Shown: positions 39,363 through 49,344, counted from the first letter of the stretch. The stretch is 64,000 bases of DNA from Chloroflexota bacterium (GCA_030626475.1 DAOUOW010000001.1:108-64107), one strand, 5' to 3'. Notes: generated by a model not told the origin, from the sequence alone. Made by a program: numbers and translations.

Positions 39363-40616
39363 CTACAATAGCTCCCTGGGGTCAGTGATTTCGCCAGCGA
39401 TGGCAGTGGCAGCAGCGGTAGCTGGACTTCCCAGATAGATAAAACTCTGGGGATTGCCCATGCGCCCCCTAAAATTGCGGTTGGCGGTAGAAAGGCAGCG
39501 CTCCCCATCGCCTAGGACTCCCTGGTGGATTCCCACGCACGGGCCACAACCAGGAGGCAAAACTGTTGCCCCTGCCTCGAGGAAGTCCGTGATATAACCA
39601 GCATTCATCGCCGCCATAAGCACCTTTCTGGAGGCGGGGGCAATTATCAGCCTGGTGGTAGGATGGCGTTTTCGTCCTTTTAGCATTTTGGCGGCAATCG
39701 CCATATCCTCCAACCGACCATTAGTGCAGGTGCCGATAAATACCTGCTCGATTTTTTCGCCCTTTAGGTCTTTGGCTAAGGCGACGTTATCCACAGCATG
39801 GGGCATGGAAACCGCAGGCTCCAGAGAAGTGACATCGATTTCGATAGTTTGTTCATACTCGGCATCGGGATCAGGTTGAAAAGAGCGAAAAAGATCGCCC
39901 CGACCTCGAAATTCCAGATAGCGGCGGGTGATGTCATCGGAGGAGAAGATCCCTGCTTTGGCCCCTGCCTCCACCGTCATATTAGCTAGAGTGAAACGCG
40001 CAGACATATTCATATTATCAATGGTTGGACCACAAAACTCCAGTGCCTTGTAGGTAGCGCCATCGGCACCGATGATCCCGATAAGGTGAAGACTGAGGTC
40101 CTTAGCATACACCCCTTCTTTAAAGCCGCCGCTCACCACTACCTTGAAGCTCTCCGGCACCCTGAGCCAGGTCTTCCCCAGGGCGATGGCAATGGCGACA
40201 TCGGTAGAGCCCATCCCGGTGGCGAAGGCACTCAGCGCCCCAGCGGTGACGGTATGAGAGTCAGCGCCAATTATTACCTCGCCAGGGTTGGCATAGGATT
40301 CCACAACGATCTGGTGACAGATACCCTCCCCGATGTCACAAAGCTGGGCACCATTCTTCACCGCGAAGTCGCGGATAAGGACATGGTCGTTAGCTAGCTC
40401 TGGGGTTGGGCTCGGCGAAGCATGGTCGATAAAAAACACCACCCGTTTGGGGTTGGCCACCTGCTCAAGCCCGCTCGCTGCAAGCTGCCTCAACGCCAGA
40501 GGCGCAGTGCCATCTTGAAGGAAAGCCAGATCGACCTTGGCAATAACTATGTCTCCGGCGCGGGCATCACTCCCCGAATTCTGGCTCAGTATCTTCTCAG
40601 CGAGGGTTTTCCCCAT
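39363..40616 (-). CDS. leuC: 3-isopropylmalate dehydratase / aconitase-family large subunit (LeuC-like, archaeal type)
   Basis: 417 aa with aconitase-family Fe-S ligand regions (GTCTNGR, PGCGPCVG). The gene pair is directly abutting leuD. Confidence 0.8.
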   Translation of the reverse strand: MGKTLAEKILSQNSGSDARAGDIVIAKVDLAFLQDGTAPLALRQLAASGLEQVANPKRVVFFIDHASPSPTPELANDHVLIRDFAVKNGAQLCDIGEGICHQIVVESYANPGEVIIGADSHTVTAGALSAFATGMGSTDVAIAIALGKTWLRVPESFKVVVSGGFKEGVYAKDLSLHLIGIIGADGATYKALEFCGPTIDNMNMSARFTLANMTVEAGAKAGIFSSDDITRRYLEFRGRGDLFRSFQPDPDAEYEQTIEIDVTSLEPAVSMPHAVDNVALAKDLKGEKIEQVFIGTCTNGRLEDMAIAAKMLKGRKRHPTTRLIIAPASRKVLMAAMNAGYITDFLEAGATVLPPGCGPCVGIHQGVLGDGERCLSTANRNFRGRMGNPQSFIYLGSPATAAATAIAGEITDPRELL

Positions 40617-40623
40617 GGCAGCG

Positions 40624-42576
40624 CTAACCGATTACCGCTAAGACATCGTCTTTCGCCACCCGATCCCCTGATTTGAACCTCAGTTCCTTGATTGTTCCAT
40701 CGATAGGGGCAGGGATGGTGGTCTCCATCTTCATCGCCTCTAATATAACCACTGTATCGCCAGCTTTAACCTGTTGTCCCACCTCCGCCTCGTATCTGAT
40801 GATCATCCCAGGCATGGGGGCGAGGACGGCTCCCTCTACGGCGACTGCTGGTGCCGCCTTTGGCGGGGCTGCGGGAGCGGAAGCGGTGGCAGGTCGGTTG
40901 GCAGGCATTGCAGAAATGCGCGTCCCTCCTGTCGGCTCTACCTCCACCTGGTAGTACTCATCGCCGACAAAGACGTTGTAAACTCGGAGCCCTGGCCCCT
41001 TGGCCGGAACCGGTTTCTCCACCTTCTCCACCAGCTTGCCCGCTTTCGCCTTGGCAATGAGCTCATCCTCCCGCTTTATCTCCTCCATGGTCTTGGGGGC
41101 ACGGGGAGGCTTCCAATCCGATGGGATCTCCTTGTCCAATCCATACTTGTATCTCAGGAAGCGCATCCCGGTGGTAGGATAGAGGGCGTAGGTTAACACA
41201 TCCTTGTCATCTTTGGCGATGTCTTTGGCAGCCTCTCTCGCTTTTTCCAACTCGGGCTCAACCATATCTGCAGCACGACAGGTGATCGGCTCCTCGCCAC
41301 GCTCATAGCCTTTAAGAACCATCTTCTGGATCTTAGGGTCAATGGGAACTGGTGGCTTGCCATATAGGCCCCAACAGTAGTCCTTCACCTCTTTCGAGAT
41401 AAACTTGTAAGGCCCGAGGAGGGTGTTCTGAACCGCTTGAACCCCCACAATCTGGCTTGTAGGAGTAACCAGAGGAGGAGAACCAAGCTCCGCTCGAGTT
41501 TTGGCCGTCATTGCCCGGCATTCATCCAACCTATCAAGTGCATCAGCCTCCCTTAGCTGTGACACCAGGTTGGTGGTCATCCCACCAGGGATCTGGTGGA
41601 CGAGGACGCCAGCGTCGATAACCGACATCCGCGAGGTGTCCAGGAAATCCCTGTACTTGGGGGCTATCTGCTCAAGCATCTGACCACAGTTGAATAGCTG
41701 CTCGATATCAAGCCCGGTATCCCTATCAGTCCCATAGAGAGCCACCACTAAAGGCTCGATCGCCGGCTGTGAAGACCTTAAGGCAAAGGGGGATAGAGCG
41801 GTATCGATGATATCAACCCCGGCCTCGATTGCTTTTAGCAGAGACATGGAACCCTGCCCGCTAGTGTAGTGGGTATGGAGCTCGATAGGGACATCTAATG
41901 CCTCCTTTAGAGCTTTGATTAGCTCATAGGCATCATATGGGGATATCAGCCCTGCCTGGTCCTTAATGCAGATGCTATCAGCACCCAAATCCCGCAGGGT
42001 GAGGGCCTTCTTGACATAATAATCCATGCTATACACCGGTCCACCCATCCTGGGCTGTGTGAGGGAATAACATATAGCCCCTTGGTAATGCTTTCCCGTT
42101 TTCTTGATTGCCTTAGCGGCGCGTTCGTGATTGCGCTCATCATTCACGGCATCAAAGACGCGGAAGATATCAATCCCGGCATCGGCAGCATTCTCAACGA
42201 AGCAATCGACCAAGTCATCAGGGTGGTTTCGATAGGCAACCAGGTTCTGCCCTCTGAGAAGCATCATAAGCGGGGTGTCGGGCATGAGTTTTTTTAATAT
42301 CCGAGGCCTATCCCAAGGATCCTCACCCAAAAAGCGGTGTGGGACATCAAAGGTTGCCCCTCCCCAAACCTCCATGGAATAGAAGCCACACTTATTCATC
42401 TCCGCAGCCATCCATTCCATATCCTCGGTTCGCATCCTGGTAGCGAGACAGGACTGGTGTCCATCCCGAAAGGTAGTATCACAGACCTTAACCGGATTTG
42501 CTGCTTTTGGCCTTTCCTTTACCTTTTCAGTGGTCAACTCGCTTGCCTTATATGGGCCCTCTCCCATGCCAGTCAT
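40624..42576 (-). CDS. Carboxyltransferase 5S subunit with C-terminal biotinyl domain (pyruvate carboxylase subunit B / oxaloacetate decarboxylase alpha / transcarboxylase 5S-like)
   Basis: TTFRDGHQS TIM-barrel carboxyltransferase N-terminus and a C-terminal biotinyl domain (LEAMKMETTI). 650 aa. Confidence 0.85.
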   Translation of the reverse strand: MTGMGEGPYKASELTTEKVKERPKAANPVKVCDTTFRDGHQSCLATRMRTEDMEWMAAEMNKCGFYSMEVWGGATFDVPHRFLGEDPWDRPRILKKLMPDTPLMMLLRGQNLVAYRNHPDDLVDCFVENAADAGIDIFRVFDAVNDERNHERAAKAIKKTGKHYQGAICYSLTQPRMGGPVYSMDYYVKKALTLRDLGADSICIKDQAGLISPYDAYELIKALKEALDVPIELHTHYTSGQGSMSLLKAIEAGVDIIDTALSPFALRSSQPAIEPLVVALYGTDRDTGLDIEQLFNCGQMLEQIAPKYRDFLDTSRMSVIDAGVLVHQIPGGMTTNLVSQLREADALDRLDECRAMTAKTRAELGSPPLVTPTSQIVGVQAVQNTLLGPYKFISKEVKDYCWGLYGKPPVPIDPKIQKMVLKGYERGEEPITCRAADMVEPELEKAREAAKDIAKDDKDVLTYALYPTTGMRFLRYKYGLDKEIPSDWKPPRAPKTMEEIKREDELIAKAKAGKLVEKVEKPVPAKGPGLRVYNVFVGDEYYQVEVEPTGGTRISAMPANRPATASAPAAPPKAAPAVAVEGAVLAPMPGMIIRYEAEVGQQVKAGDTVVILEAMKMETTIPAPIDGTIKELRFKSGDRVAKDDVLAVIG

Positions 42577-42653
42577 TTGCTTTCACCTCCCAAAAACTTT
42601 TAATCTAAAGACGAACTGCTGCGCTTACTTTCTATCGCCTCCTTCTTGAATGG

Positions 42654-42848
42654 CTAGCGAGCTTGCGCCCTTCCTATTCTCATTTGCCATAACACCCGCA
42701 TACTCATCATTTCTTCTAGCCCGGCATATTTCCAAAAACTGAGCTCATAGCGAGGCCTGGGTGGCACTGCTAGAGCTTGAGCTTCCTCTTCCATAAGGTG
42801 GTCTATGGCCACCATGATCGCAGCCATGACCCCTGCTTTATCGCTCAC
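42654..42848 (-). CDS. Small subunit, possibly an acyl-CoA carboxylase/decarboxylase epsilon-like protein
   Basis: 64-aa ORF sitting between the 12S and 5S genes on the same strand. Its helical N-terminus loosely resembles ACC-epsilon/MmdE small subunits. Confidence 0.25.
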   Translation of the reverse strand: MSDKAGVMAAIMVAIDHLMEEEAQALAVPPRPRYELSFWKYAGLEEMMSMRVLWQMRIGRAQAR

Positions 42849-42857
42849 TTTTCACCT

Positions 42858-44408
42858 CTAAAGTGGTATGTTCCCATGCTTCTTAGGCGGATTGGTATCC
42901 CGCTTGTTTTGTAGCATCTCTAGTGCTTTAATCAACCTGGGGCGTGTCTCCCTGGGGTCGATGACATCATCAATATAGCCCAAGGAAGCAGCCACATAGG
43001 GATTGGCAAATTTCTCCACATATTCAGCCACAAGCTGGCTGCGGGTCTCATCTGGCTTATCCGACTTGGTGATGGTTTCCCTGTGGATGATGTTCACCGC
43101 ACCCTCAGGGCCCATGACCGCGATCTCAGCCGTGGGCCAGGCATAATTGATGTCGGCTCGCAGGTGCTTACTGCTCATCGCAATATAGGCACCGCCATAG
43201 GCTTTCCTGGTGATCACGGTTACTTTGGGGACCGTGGCTTCCGAATAGGCGTAGATCATCTTGGCGCCATTTGAGATGATTCCTCCGTATTCTTGATCCA
43301 CCCCGGGCATATATCCCGGGACATCGGTAAAGGTGATTATGGGGATATTGAAGGCGTCGAGGAAGCGAACAAAGCGGGCTGCTTTGTTTGAGGCGTCAAT
43401 ATCGATAACCCCTGCCGACATCAAGGGCTGCTGGGCAACAATGCCCACCGAGCGCCCATCGAGCCTGGCAAAGCCGGTGATGATGTTGGGGGCATAATAC
43501 TCGTGGACCTCCAGGAATTCGCCGTTATCCATCAACCGCCCGATGATCTCCTTCATATCGTAGGCTTTGGTGGGGTCATCAGGAACGATGTAAAGAAGTT
43601 CCTCATCCATCCTTTCAGGGTAATCGCTGGGCTCCACAAGAGGGGTCTCCTGCATATTGTTCTGCGGCACGTAGCTTAGGAGCAAGCGCACCTTATCCAG
43701 GCAGTCCTGATCATTCTCGGCGACGAAGTGGCAAACACCGCTGTTAGAGGCATGAACCATCGCTCCGCCCAGTTGCTCATGGGTCACCTCCTCGCCAGTC
43801 ACCGCCTTAATCACATCAGGGCCGGTAATATACATCTGCCCCGTCCCTTTCACCATAAAGACGAAGTCAGTTAGTGCCGGGGAGTAGACGGCGCCTCCGG
43901 CACAGGGACCCATGATCACTGAGATCTGGGGGATAACCCCCGAGGACAGGGTATTGCGGAGGAAGATGTCGCCATATCCAGCGAGGCTGAGCACCCCCTC
44001 CTGGATCCTGGCCCCTCCGGAATCATTGAGCCCGATGAACGGGGCCCCATTTTTCACCGCCAGGTCCATGACCTTGCAAATCTTCTGCGCCACCACCTCC
44101 GATAGCGATCCGCCAAAGACGGTGAAATCCTGGGCGAAGAGGTAAACCGTCCTGCCATTGACCGTGCCGTACCCGGTGACTACAGCATCGCCCGGGAATT
44201 TCCTGTCGGCGAGACCGAACTCCGTGGCGCGATGGGTGACAAAAGCATCCATTTCCTCGAAGCTGCCTTCATCGAGGAAATAAGAGATGCGCTCTCTAGC
44301 GGTAAGCTTGCCCCGCTCATGCTGAGCTTCGATGCGCTTGGCTCCACCCCCCAGCTTTGACTCCTCCCTCCGTTTGCCCAGTGCTTCTATCCTATCTTCA
44401 ATTGCCAT
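42858..44408 (-). CDS. Acyl-CoA carboxyltransferase, 12S type (propionyl-CoA carboxylase beta / methylmalonyl-CoA decarboxylase alpha)
   Basis: 516 aa from [10 protein letters not shown], preceded by AAAGGCGGGG. The crotonase-fold carboxyltransferase halves are conserved. The 20-aa ORF-track extension is unlikely to be real. Confidence 0.85.
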   Translation of the reverse strand: MAIEDRIEALGKRREESKLGGGAKRIEAQHERGKLTARERISYFLDEGSFEEMDAFVTHRATEFGLADRKFPGDAVVTGYGTVNGRTVYLFAQDFTVFGGSLSEVVAQKICKVMDLAVKNGAPFIGLNDSGGARIQEGVLSLAGYGDIFLRNTLSSGVIPQISVIMGPCAGGAVYSPALTDFVFMVKGTGQMYITGPDVIKAVTGEEVTHEQLGGAMVHASNSGVCHFVAENDQDCLDKVRLLLSYVPQNNMQETPLVEPSDYPERMDEELLYIVPDDPTKAYDMKEIIGRLMDNGEFLEVHEYYAPNIITGFARLDGRSVGIVAQQPLMSAGVIDIDASNKAARFVRFLDAFNIPIITFTDVPGYMPGVDQEYGGIISNGAKMIYAYSEATVPKVTVITRKAYGGAYIAMSSKHLRADINYAWPTAEIAVMGPEGAVNIIHRETITKSDKPDETRSQLVAEYVEKFANPYVAASLGYIDDVIDPRETRPRLIKALEMLQNKRDTNPPKKHGNIPL

Positions 44409-44445
44409 TTCCCCGCCTTTAGTTTGTGATGATATGCACATTCTT

Positions 44446-44475
44446 ATTTTACCACCCCCCTTCCCCAAAATGCAA
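44446..44475 (-). promoter_or_regulatory. Sigma70-like promoter candidate on the minus strand: TTGCAT, 18 nt, TAAAAT
   Basis: Found by reading the minus strand upstream of the 12S gene, about 35 nt before its start codon. Confidence 0.3.
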
Positions 44476-44537
44476 GGAAAAAGGGAGTGAAGTTGAACTG
44501 GTGATCCTATCTCGGGATGCGATTTGAAGTCGATTTT

Positions 44538-45428
44538 TCAGCGGGGGTTGTCCTTTTCTCTCTGGGCAATGGACTCCGCCATCGCCAACAGCCTCTGAGC
44601 TCTTCGGGCTTGGGGTATGTCGATCATCTTTCCCTCAAGAGAGGTAGAGGCGAAGCCCTGGGCTTCAGCGGTGGCAAAGGCCTCCACGATCCCCCTCGCT
44701 TGAGTTATCTCCTCCGGAGTAGGGCGGAAGACCTGATTAACCGGGTCTACCTGGCTGGGGTGAATCAGGAACTTGCCCTCAAAGCCGAGGCTTCGGGCAA
44801 GCCTCGCCTCTTTAATCAGCCCTTCTTCATCCCTGAAATTGTTATACGGGGTATCTATGGCGATTACATCGGCAGCCTTGGCAGCGAGGACTACCATGAT
44901 GCGGGGGAAGAGAAGCTCGTTCCCCTCCTCGGTGCGCTCCATGCCGGTGTCCAAGGTTAAGTCCTCAGCACCCAAGGAAACGCCCACCACCCTGGGGGAG
45001 GCGCTGGCGATATCGAAGGCATTGAGAAGCCCCTTTGCTGTCTCAATCCAGGGGATGAGCTTGACGTGACCATGCTTGATCCCCCTTTCCATTTCTAATC
45101 TCTCGATGATAGCCTCCACCTGCCTTACCTCGTCCCCGGAGCTGGGCTTGGGCTGGTTGATGCCATCGATGCCATCGGTGATCACAGCCTCCAAATCCTG
45201 CTGGCCATAGCCGCTGAGGATGGAGTTAATACGCACAAAAACCTTCTGCCCCTTAAGCGCCAGTCCGGCTATGGAGTCGGCTACTATGGCTCTGGCCTTG
45301 GCTTTCTCCGCCGCCGGTACCGAGTCCTCAAGGTCAAGCACGAGGACATCAGCAGGAAGGGAGCGCGCCTTCTCGATCATGTTCTGCCTGATTGCAGGGA
45401 CAGAGAGGAGTGTTCTCAGTGGCTCCAT
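44538..45428 (-). CDS. CitE-like lyase (citrate lyase beta / citryl-, malyl- or citramalyl-CoA lyase family)
   Basis: LDLEDSV motif and an HpcH/HpaI TIM-barrel pattern. 296 aa. Confidence 0.75.
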   Translation of the reverse strand: MEPLRTLLSVPAIRQNMIEKARSLPADVLVLDLEDSVPAAEKAKARAIVADSIAGLALKGQKVFVRINSILSGYGQQDLEAVITDGIDGINQPKPSSGDEVRQVEAIIERLEMERGIKHGHVKLIPWIETAKGLLNAFDIASASPRVVGVSLGAEDLTLDTGMERTEEGNELLFPRIMVVLAAKAADVIAIDTPYNNFRDEEGLIKEARLARSLGFEGKFLIHPSQVDPVNQVFRPTPEEITQARGIVEAFATAEAQGFASTSLEGKMIDIPQARRAQRLLAMAESIAQREKDNPR

Positions 45429-45546
45429 TTCTTGCCTCCGCGATGCTCAGGCTAGTATGCTTTTTTCTGCTGCTGGTTGTCAAGCGCATATGATACCTCG
45501 AGCAAGTATTCTCAAAGGCATAGCCATGTGCTAGAATCTGAGGGCG

Positions 45547-46383
45547 ATGAGCACTATTCTTGGCGTTACCCGATGCGGCAAAATGGAGTTCAGATGGGGG
45601 GAGAAGACCTATATCATGGGCGTGATCAACCTCACCCCCGATTCCTTCGCCGGCGATGGGCTGGGGGGCGATGTTGAGGCTGCGATGGCCCAGGCAAGAC
45701 GCCTAGTGGAGGAGGGGGCTGACATTCTGGATGTCGGCGGTGAGTCCACGCGCCCGGAATCCAGTCCCACAGCAGTGGATGAAGAGCTGCGGAGGGTGAT
45801 ACCGGTGATTGAGCGGTTAGCTGCCGAGGTCAGCGTGCCCGTGAGCATTGACACCTACAAATCGGCGGTGGCGCGGCACGCCCTGGATGCGGGGGCGAGG
45901 ATGATTAACGACGTCTGGGGATTGAGACGCGACCCCGAGCTTGCCTGGGTCGCTGCCGAGGCGGGGGTCCCCATTGTTATCGTGGCCAATCAGCGGGAAA
46001 CAACCTATCAAGAGGTTGTGCCTGAGGTTATGGCCGCCTTGAAGAGTGGCATAAGGCTGGCACTGGATGCCGGGGTAGCCTGGGAGAACATCATCATTGA
46101 CCCCGGCATCGGTTTTGGCAAGACACTGGAGGGAAATCTGGAGCTCATCCACCGCCTCGGGGAGCTTAGGGCGCTGGAGAGACCAATCCTGCTCGGCACA
46201 TCACGCAAATCGATGATTGGCCTGGTGCTAGACCTGCCCGTGGATCAGCGATTGGAAGGCACGGCAGCTACCGTGGCTCTGGGCATTGCCAACGGCGCCG
46301 ATATGGTGCGGGTGCACGATGTCTTGCCCATGGTGCGCGTCTCAAGAATGACCGACGCCATCGTCAGGGGACAAGCGAAATGA
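45547..46383 (+). CDS. folP: Dihydropteroate synthase
   Basis: IMGVINLTPDSFAGDG pterin-binding motif. The start may instead be at M13 (45583). Confidence 0.85.
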   Translation: MSTILGVTRCGKMEFRWGEKTYIMGVINLTPDSFAGDGLGGDVEAAMAQARRLVEEGADILDVGGESTRPESSPTAVDEELRRVIPVIERLAAEVSVPVSIDTYKSAVARHALDAGARMINDVWGLRRDPELAWVAAEAGVPIVIVANQRETTYQEVVPEVMAALKSGIRLALDAGVAWENIIIDPGIGFGKTLEGNLELIHRLGELRALERPILLGTSRKSMIGLVLDLPVDQRLEGTAATVALGIANGADMVRVHDVLPMVRVSRMTDAIVRGQAK

Positions 46384-46913
46384 GGGTGAGGCATCATCTG
46401 CCGCCGGGGCCAGTGACCATTTATCTTGGTCTGGGGTCCAATCTGGGAGACCGAAAGGCAAACCTGGAAAAGGCGCTCCAATTTCTTGGTCAGACGCTCT
46501 CTGTAGAGCAAATCTCCTCCGTCTATGAGACCCAGCCGGTGGGAAACGAGGACCAACCCCTGTTTCTCAATGCCGTTTGTCGTGCCGCCACTGATATCGG
46601 CCCCTTCCAGCTTCTCTCCCTGATTAAGGGGATCGAGGTCGCCCTGGACAGAGTGCCGAGCTTCCCCAATGCCCCCCGCACCATCGACATCGACATCCTT
46701 CTTTATGGCAATCTGGTAATAGAGGCACCAGAACTGGTCATCCCCCATCCTCGTTTGGAGGAGAGGGCCTTTGCCCTTGTTCCCCTGGCTGAGATCGCCC
46801 CCGACCTCATCCACCCCATAAGCAGTCGCAGCATCCAGGAGCTGGCGACCAGGGTTCAGGGAAGGGATGAGGTGGTGAAAGTAGGTAAGCTTGATGATGA
46901 ACTTAGGAAATAA
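46380..46913 (+). CDS. folK: 2-amino-4-hydroxy-6-hydroxymethyldihydropteridine pyrophosphokinase
   Basis: YLGLGSNLGD and QPLFLNAV motifs. Overlaps folP by 4 nt. Confidence 0.85.
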   Translation: MRVRHHLPPGPVTIYLGLGSNLGDRKANLEKALQFLGQTLSVEQISSVYETQPVGNEDQPLFLNAVCRAATDIGPFQLLSLIKGIEVALDRVPSFPNAPRTIDIDILLYGNLVIEAPELVIPHPRLEERAFALVPLAEIAPDLIHPISSRSIQELATRVQGRDEVVKVGKLDDELRK

Positions 46914-46924
46914 AGGGAGACACT

Positions 46925-47893
46925 ATGCCAGAACCCGCGAAGGATAGCGCTGCGGATGCCAGAGCGTCACTCTGGGGGCCTCTAGGCCATGCTATGCGCT
47001 CTCTATACCAATACAGTAAGAGATCGTCGGTTCAGTCCCTTAGAGAATTGGCAGATAGACTATGGGACACTATTGGTCGCATTTGGTTTATGGTAATCAT
47101 ACCCGAGCAATTTTTAATCCACGAGCAAAGCAACTTACGGTTTTACTGGCATCACCTCGTGGCTGCACTGAAAACTGGAACACTAGGATCCACAGACACT
47201 CTAACGGACGATGAAAGAGAAGCATATGAAGCGGCGATGAAAGAATTATACGAAAAAACCGCTAGCGATGTAGAACAGGAGAAGTTATTTGAAGAGTGGC
47301 TCAGCAAGGCTATGCGAGAGAAACCCCACGTCATCGAAATGCTCCAGATGGATGAACCATACAAATCTCTGCTTTATTCAGGATTAATATGGGCATGGAT
47401 ATCTTTTGAGGTGTTCGCTAGCGACTTGTGGGAAGCAGTGGTTAATACGGCTACAGGGAAAGTTAGATCAAGGATACTGCATTCTATTAGTGCTGCCAGA
47501 CCCTCAGTAAAGATAGACCACATTGCAAAATACGATTATGACGTTAGAGGTCACCTAGGAACAATCATGAAAGATAGCTGCGATTTTACGTCATTGGATG
47601 GTATTCAGAAAGCCTATAAGGTGATATTTCCGAAAAGCCAAAGTATTTCAAAGGCTCTAGGCAAGAGAGAGTTACTCGAACTGGAGGCAAGCCGCCATCT
47701 AATCGTGCACCGGTCTGGAATAGTAGATGATGAATTTCTCCGAAGGACAAAACTGAAACTGAAAAAAGGAGATGAGTTGCCTGTCACTGATAAACAGGTG
47801 CGTGATTATTGCACTCTGACCGTGGAAGTTGCGCTTATTCTGCTGGCAGCAGCAGAATCGCTAGTCGGAAGAAAGTCGCCAAAAAATAAATGA
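46925..47893 (+). CDS. Hypothetical protein with low GC and a C-terminal Rx4H (HEPN-like) motif
   Basis: 322 aa. RBS AAGGGAG lies 6 nt upstream. The GC content is markedly lower than in the flanking genes. No family recognised; SRHLIVHRSG carries an Rx4H motif. Confidence 0.5.
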   Translation: MPEPAKDSAADARASLWGPLGHAMRSLYQYSKRSSVQSLRELADRLWDTIGRIWFMVIIPEQFLIHEQSNLRFYWHHLVAALKTGTLGSTDTLTDDEREAYEAAMKELYEKTASDVEQEKLFEEWLSKAMREKPHVIEMLQMDEPYKSLLYSGLIWAWISFEVFASDLWEAVVNTATGKVRSRILHSISAARPSVKIDHIAKYDYDVRGHLGTIMKDSCDFTSLDGIQKAYKVIFPKSQSISKALGKRELLELEASRHLIVHRSGIVDDEFLRRTKLKLKKGDELPVTDKQVRDYCTLTVEVALILLAAAESLVGRKSPKNK

Positions 47894-47916
47894 GTCCTCC
47901 CCAAACCCCCTCTGCT

Positions 47917-48675
47917 TTACCAGGCGATCGAAATCTCTTTGACTACGCCTTCCATGGGCAACAAGTAAAAGTCGGAACAAGAAAATACAAGTTCGAATGT
48001 GATTTGCTTGCCCTTTCTCAGTGTAACTATTTTATCTGAGGAGCAACGACCCATATCCGCATTGCCTACATCAATAAAAACCAGTCCTTGGTCTATCGTG
48101 TTAAAGGCGTTTACGGCATGACCTACATCGTTGTAATAGAAAGCAATGCCCACCCAGGCAGCACGTATCCCCGCTGATTCAGCATTATTATGCAGCATCT
48201 CTGCATAGTCGCCGCAGACAAATATTTCCTCCCTATATGGAATTTCATCTGTCTTATCTTGCCGAAGGAAGTCTTTCAGCTCAGACCAAGTAACGTCAGT
48301 GGCCTCAGGATTATCGCATAATCTTATCTTGTGGCCATCTGCTCCTGTCTGTATGTAAGTGATTCCGTTTTCTCTGGTCTCTACAAACTTGCATTCAAGA
48401 GCAGGACTATGCCCGGGTGTAGGTGTCGGTGTCGGTGCTAGCGAAGATATATGCGAACTTCCACCTTTTTCCTGAAACAATTCTTGTGGGTCAACGATGC
48501 CCTGTGAATATAAAGAGGCCAGGCATAATATGGGAATAAAAACGAGGACAAATAATATCGCTAAAGATGGCCGAACTAGCCTTGCCTTTTTCGTTCTTGC
48601 GAGGGGCCACCCACATTCCGTGCAGAACCTGGCATTTTCGTCAACTTCACTACCGCAACTGGGACACAATCGCAT
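47917..48675 (-). CDS. Hypothetical zinc-ribbon membrane protein
   Basis: N-terminal CPSCG...CTECG zinc ribbon, one TM helix and a TPTPTP linker, then a 150-aa domain with a conserved-looking Cys/His pattern. Low GC. Confidence 0.5.
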   Translation of the reverse strand: MRLCPSCGSEVDENARFCTECGWPLARTKKARLVRPSLAILFVLVFIPILCLASLYSQGIVDPQELFQEKGGSSHISSLAPTPTPTPGHSPALECKFVETRENGITYIQTGADGHKIRLCDNPEATDVTWSELKDFLRQDKTDEIPYREEIFVCGDYAEMLHNNAESAGIRAAWVGIAFYYNDVGHAVNAFNTIDQGLVFIDVGNADMGRCSSDKIVTLRKGKQITFELVFSCSDFYLLPMEGVVKEISIAW

Positions 48676-48945
48676 ATTCGAAACCCGTTTGGCCTTTATC
48701 TCTATCCGCAGATGACTCTAGCATCTTCACAGGGCAAGCACAAGACCCAAAAGTCCTATTAGCCCAGTCCTATCTAACCCGCTATTTCAGACTGTGCAAT
48801 ATTATACCATTTTATACTATTTTTGACAATGCGGGGAGCACGGCTGCGACTTTGGCCATAGCTAAAAGCCATCCTTATCACCGGGCTCAATTCAAAGGGG
48901 CTAAGCCCCGCCCACGCTTCTACAGTTTCTCGGTTTAGGTTATAA

Positions 48946-49344
48946 TTGGTGAAGATAGGGAAGGAGGACTTTGTGTTCGAAGTATCAGTGCGAGAGCACT
49001 TTGATGCCGCGCACTACCTGAGGGGCTACCGCGGGAAGTGTGAGAACCTTCATGGACACCGCTTTCAGGTGATGGTCACGGTGCGGACTGCGGATGTTGA
49101 CGAAATCGGGCTGGCATTTGACTTTGTCGAGCTGAAGAGGCATCTCAGGGAGATTCTGGAGCGCCTGGATCACACCTGCCTCAATGAGGTGCCGCCCTTT
49201 GACAGTATAAACCCCTCGTCGGAAAACATCGCTGCTACCATCTGTAACGAGCTTGAGAAAAGGCTGACCGGGATATCCATCTCCAGCGTCCAGGTGTGCG
49301 AATCCCCTGAGGCTTGTGTCACCTATTTGCCTGAGGATGGTTAG
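48946..49344 (+). CDS. queD: 6-pyruvoyl-tetrahydropterin synthase family protein (QueD/PTPS)
   Basis: CENLHGHRF zinc-binding motif, and EHFDAAHYL. 132 aa. GTG start after GGAAGGAGG. Confidence 0.8.
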   Translation: MVKIGKEDFVFEVSVREHFDAAHYLRGYRGKCENLHGHRFQVMVTVRTADVDEIGLAFDFVELKRHLREILERLDHTCLNEVPPFDSINPSSENIAATICNELEKRLTGISISSVQVCESPEACVTYLPEDG

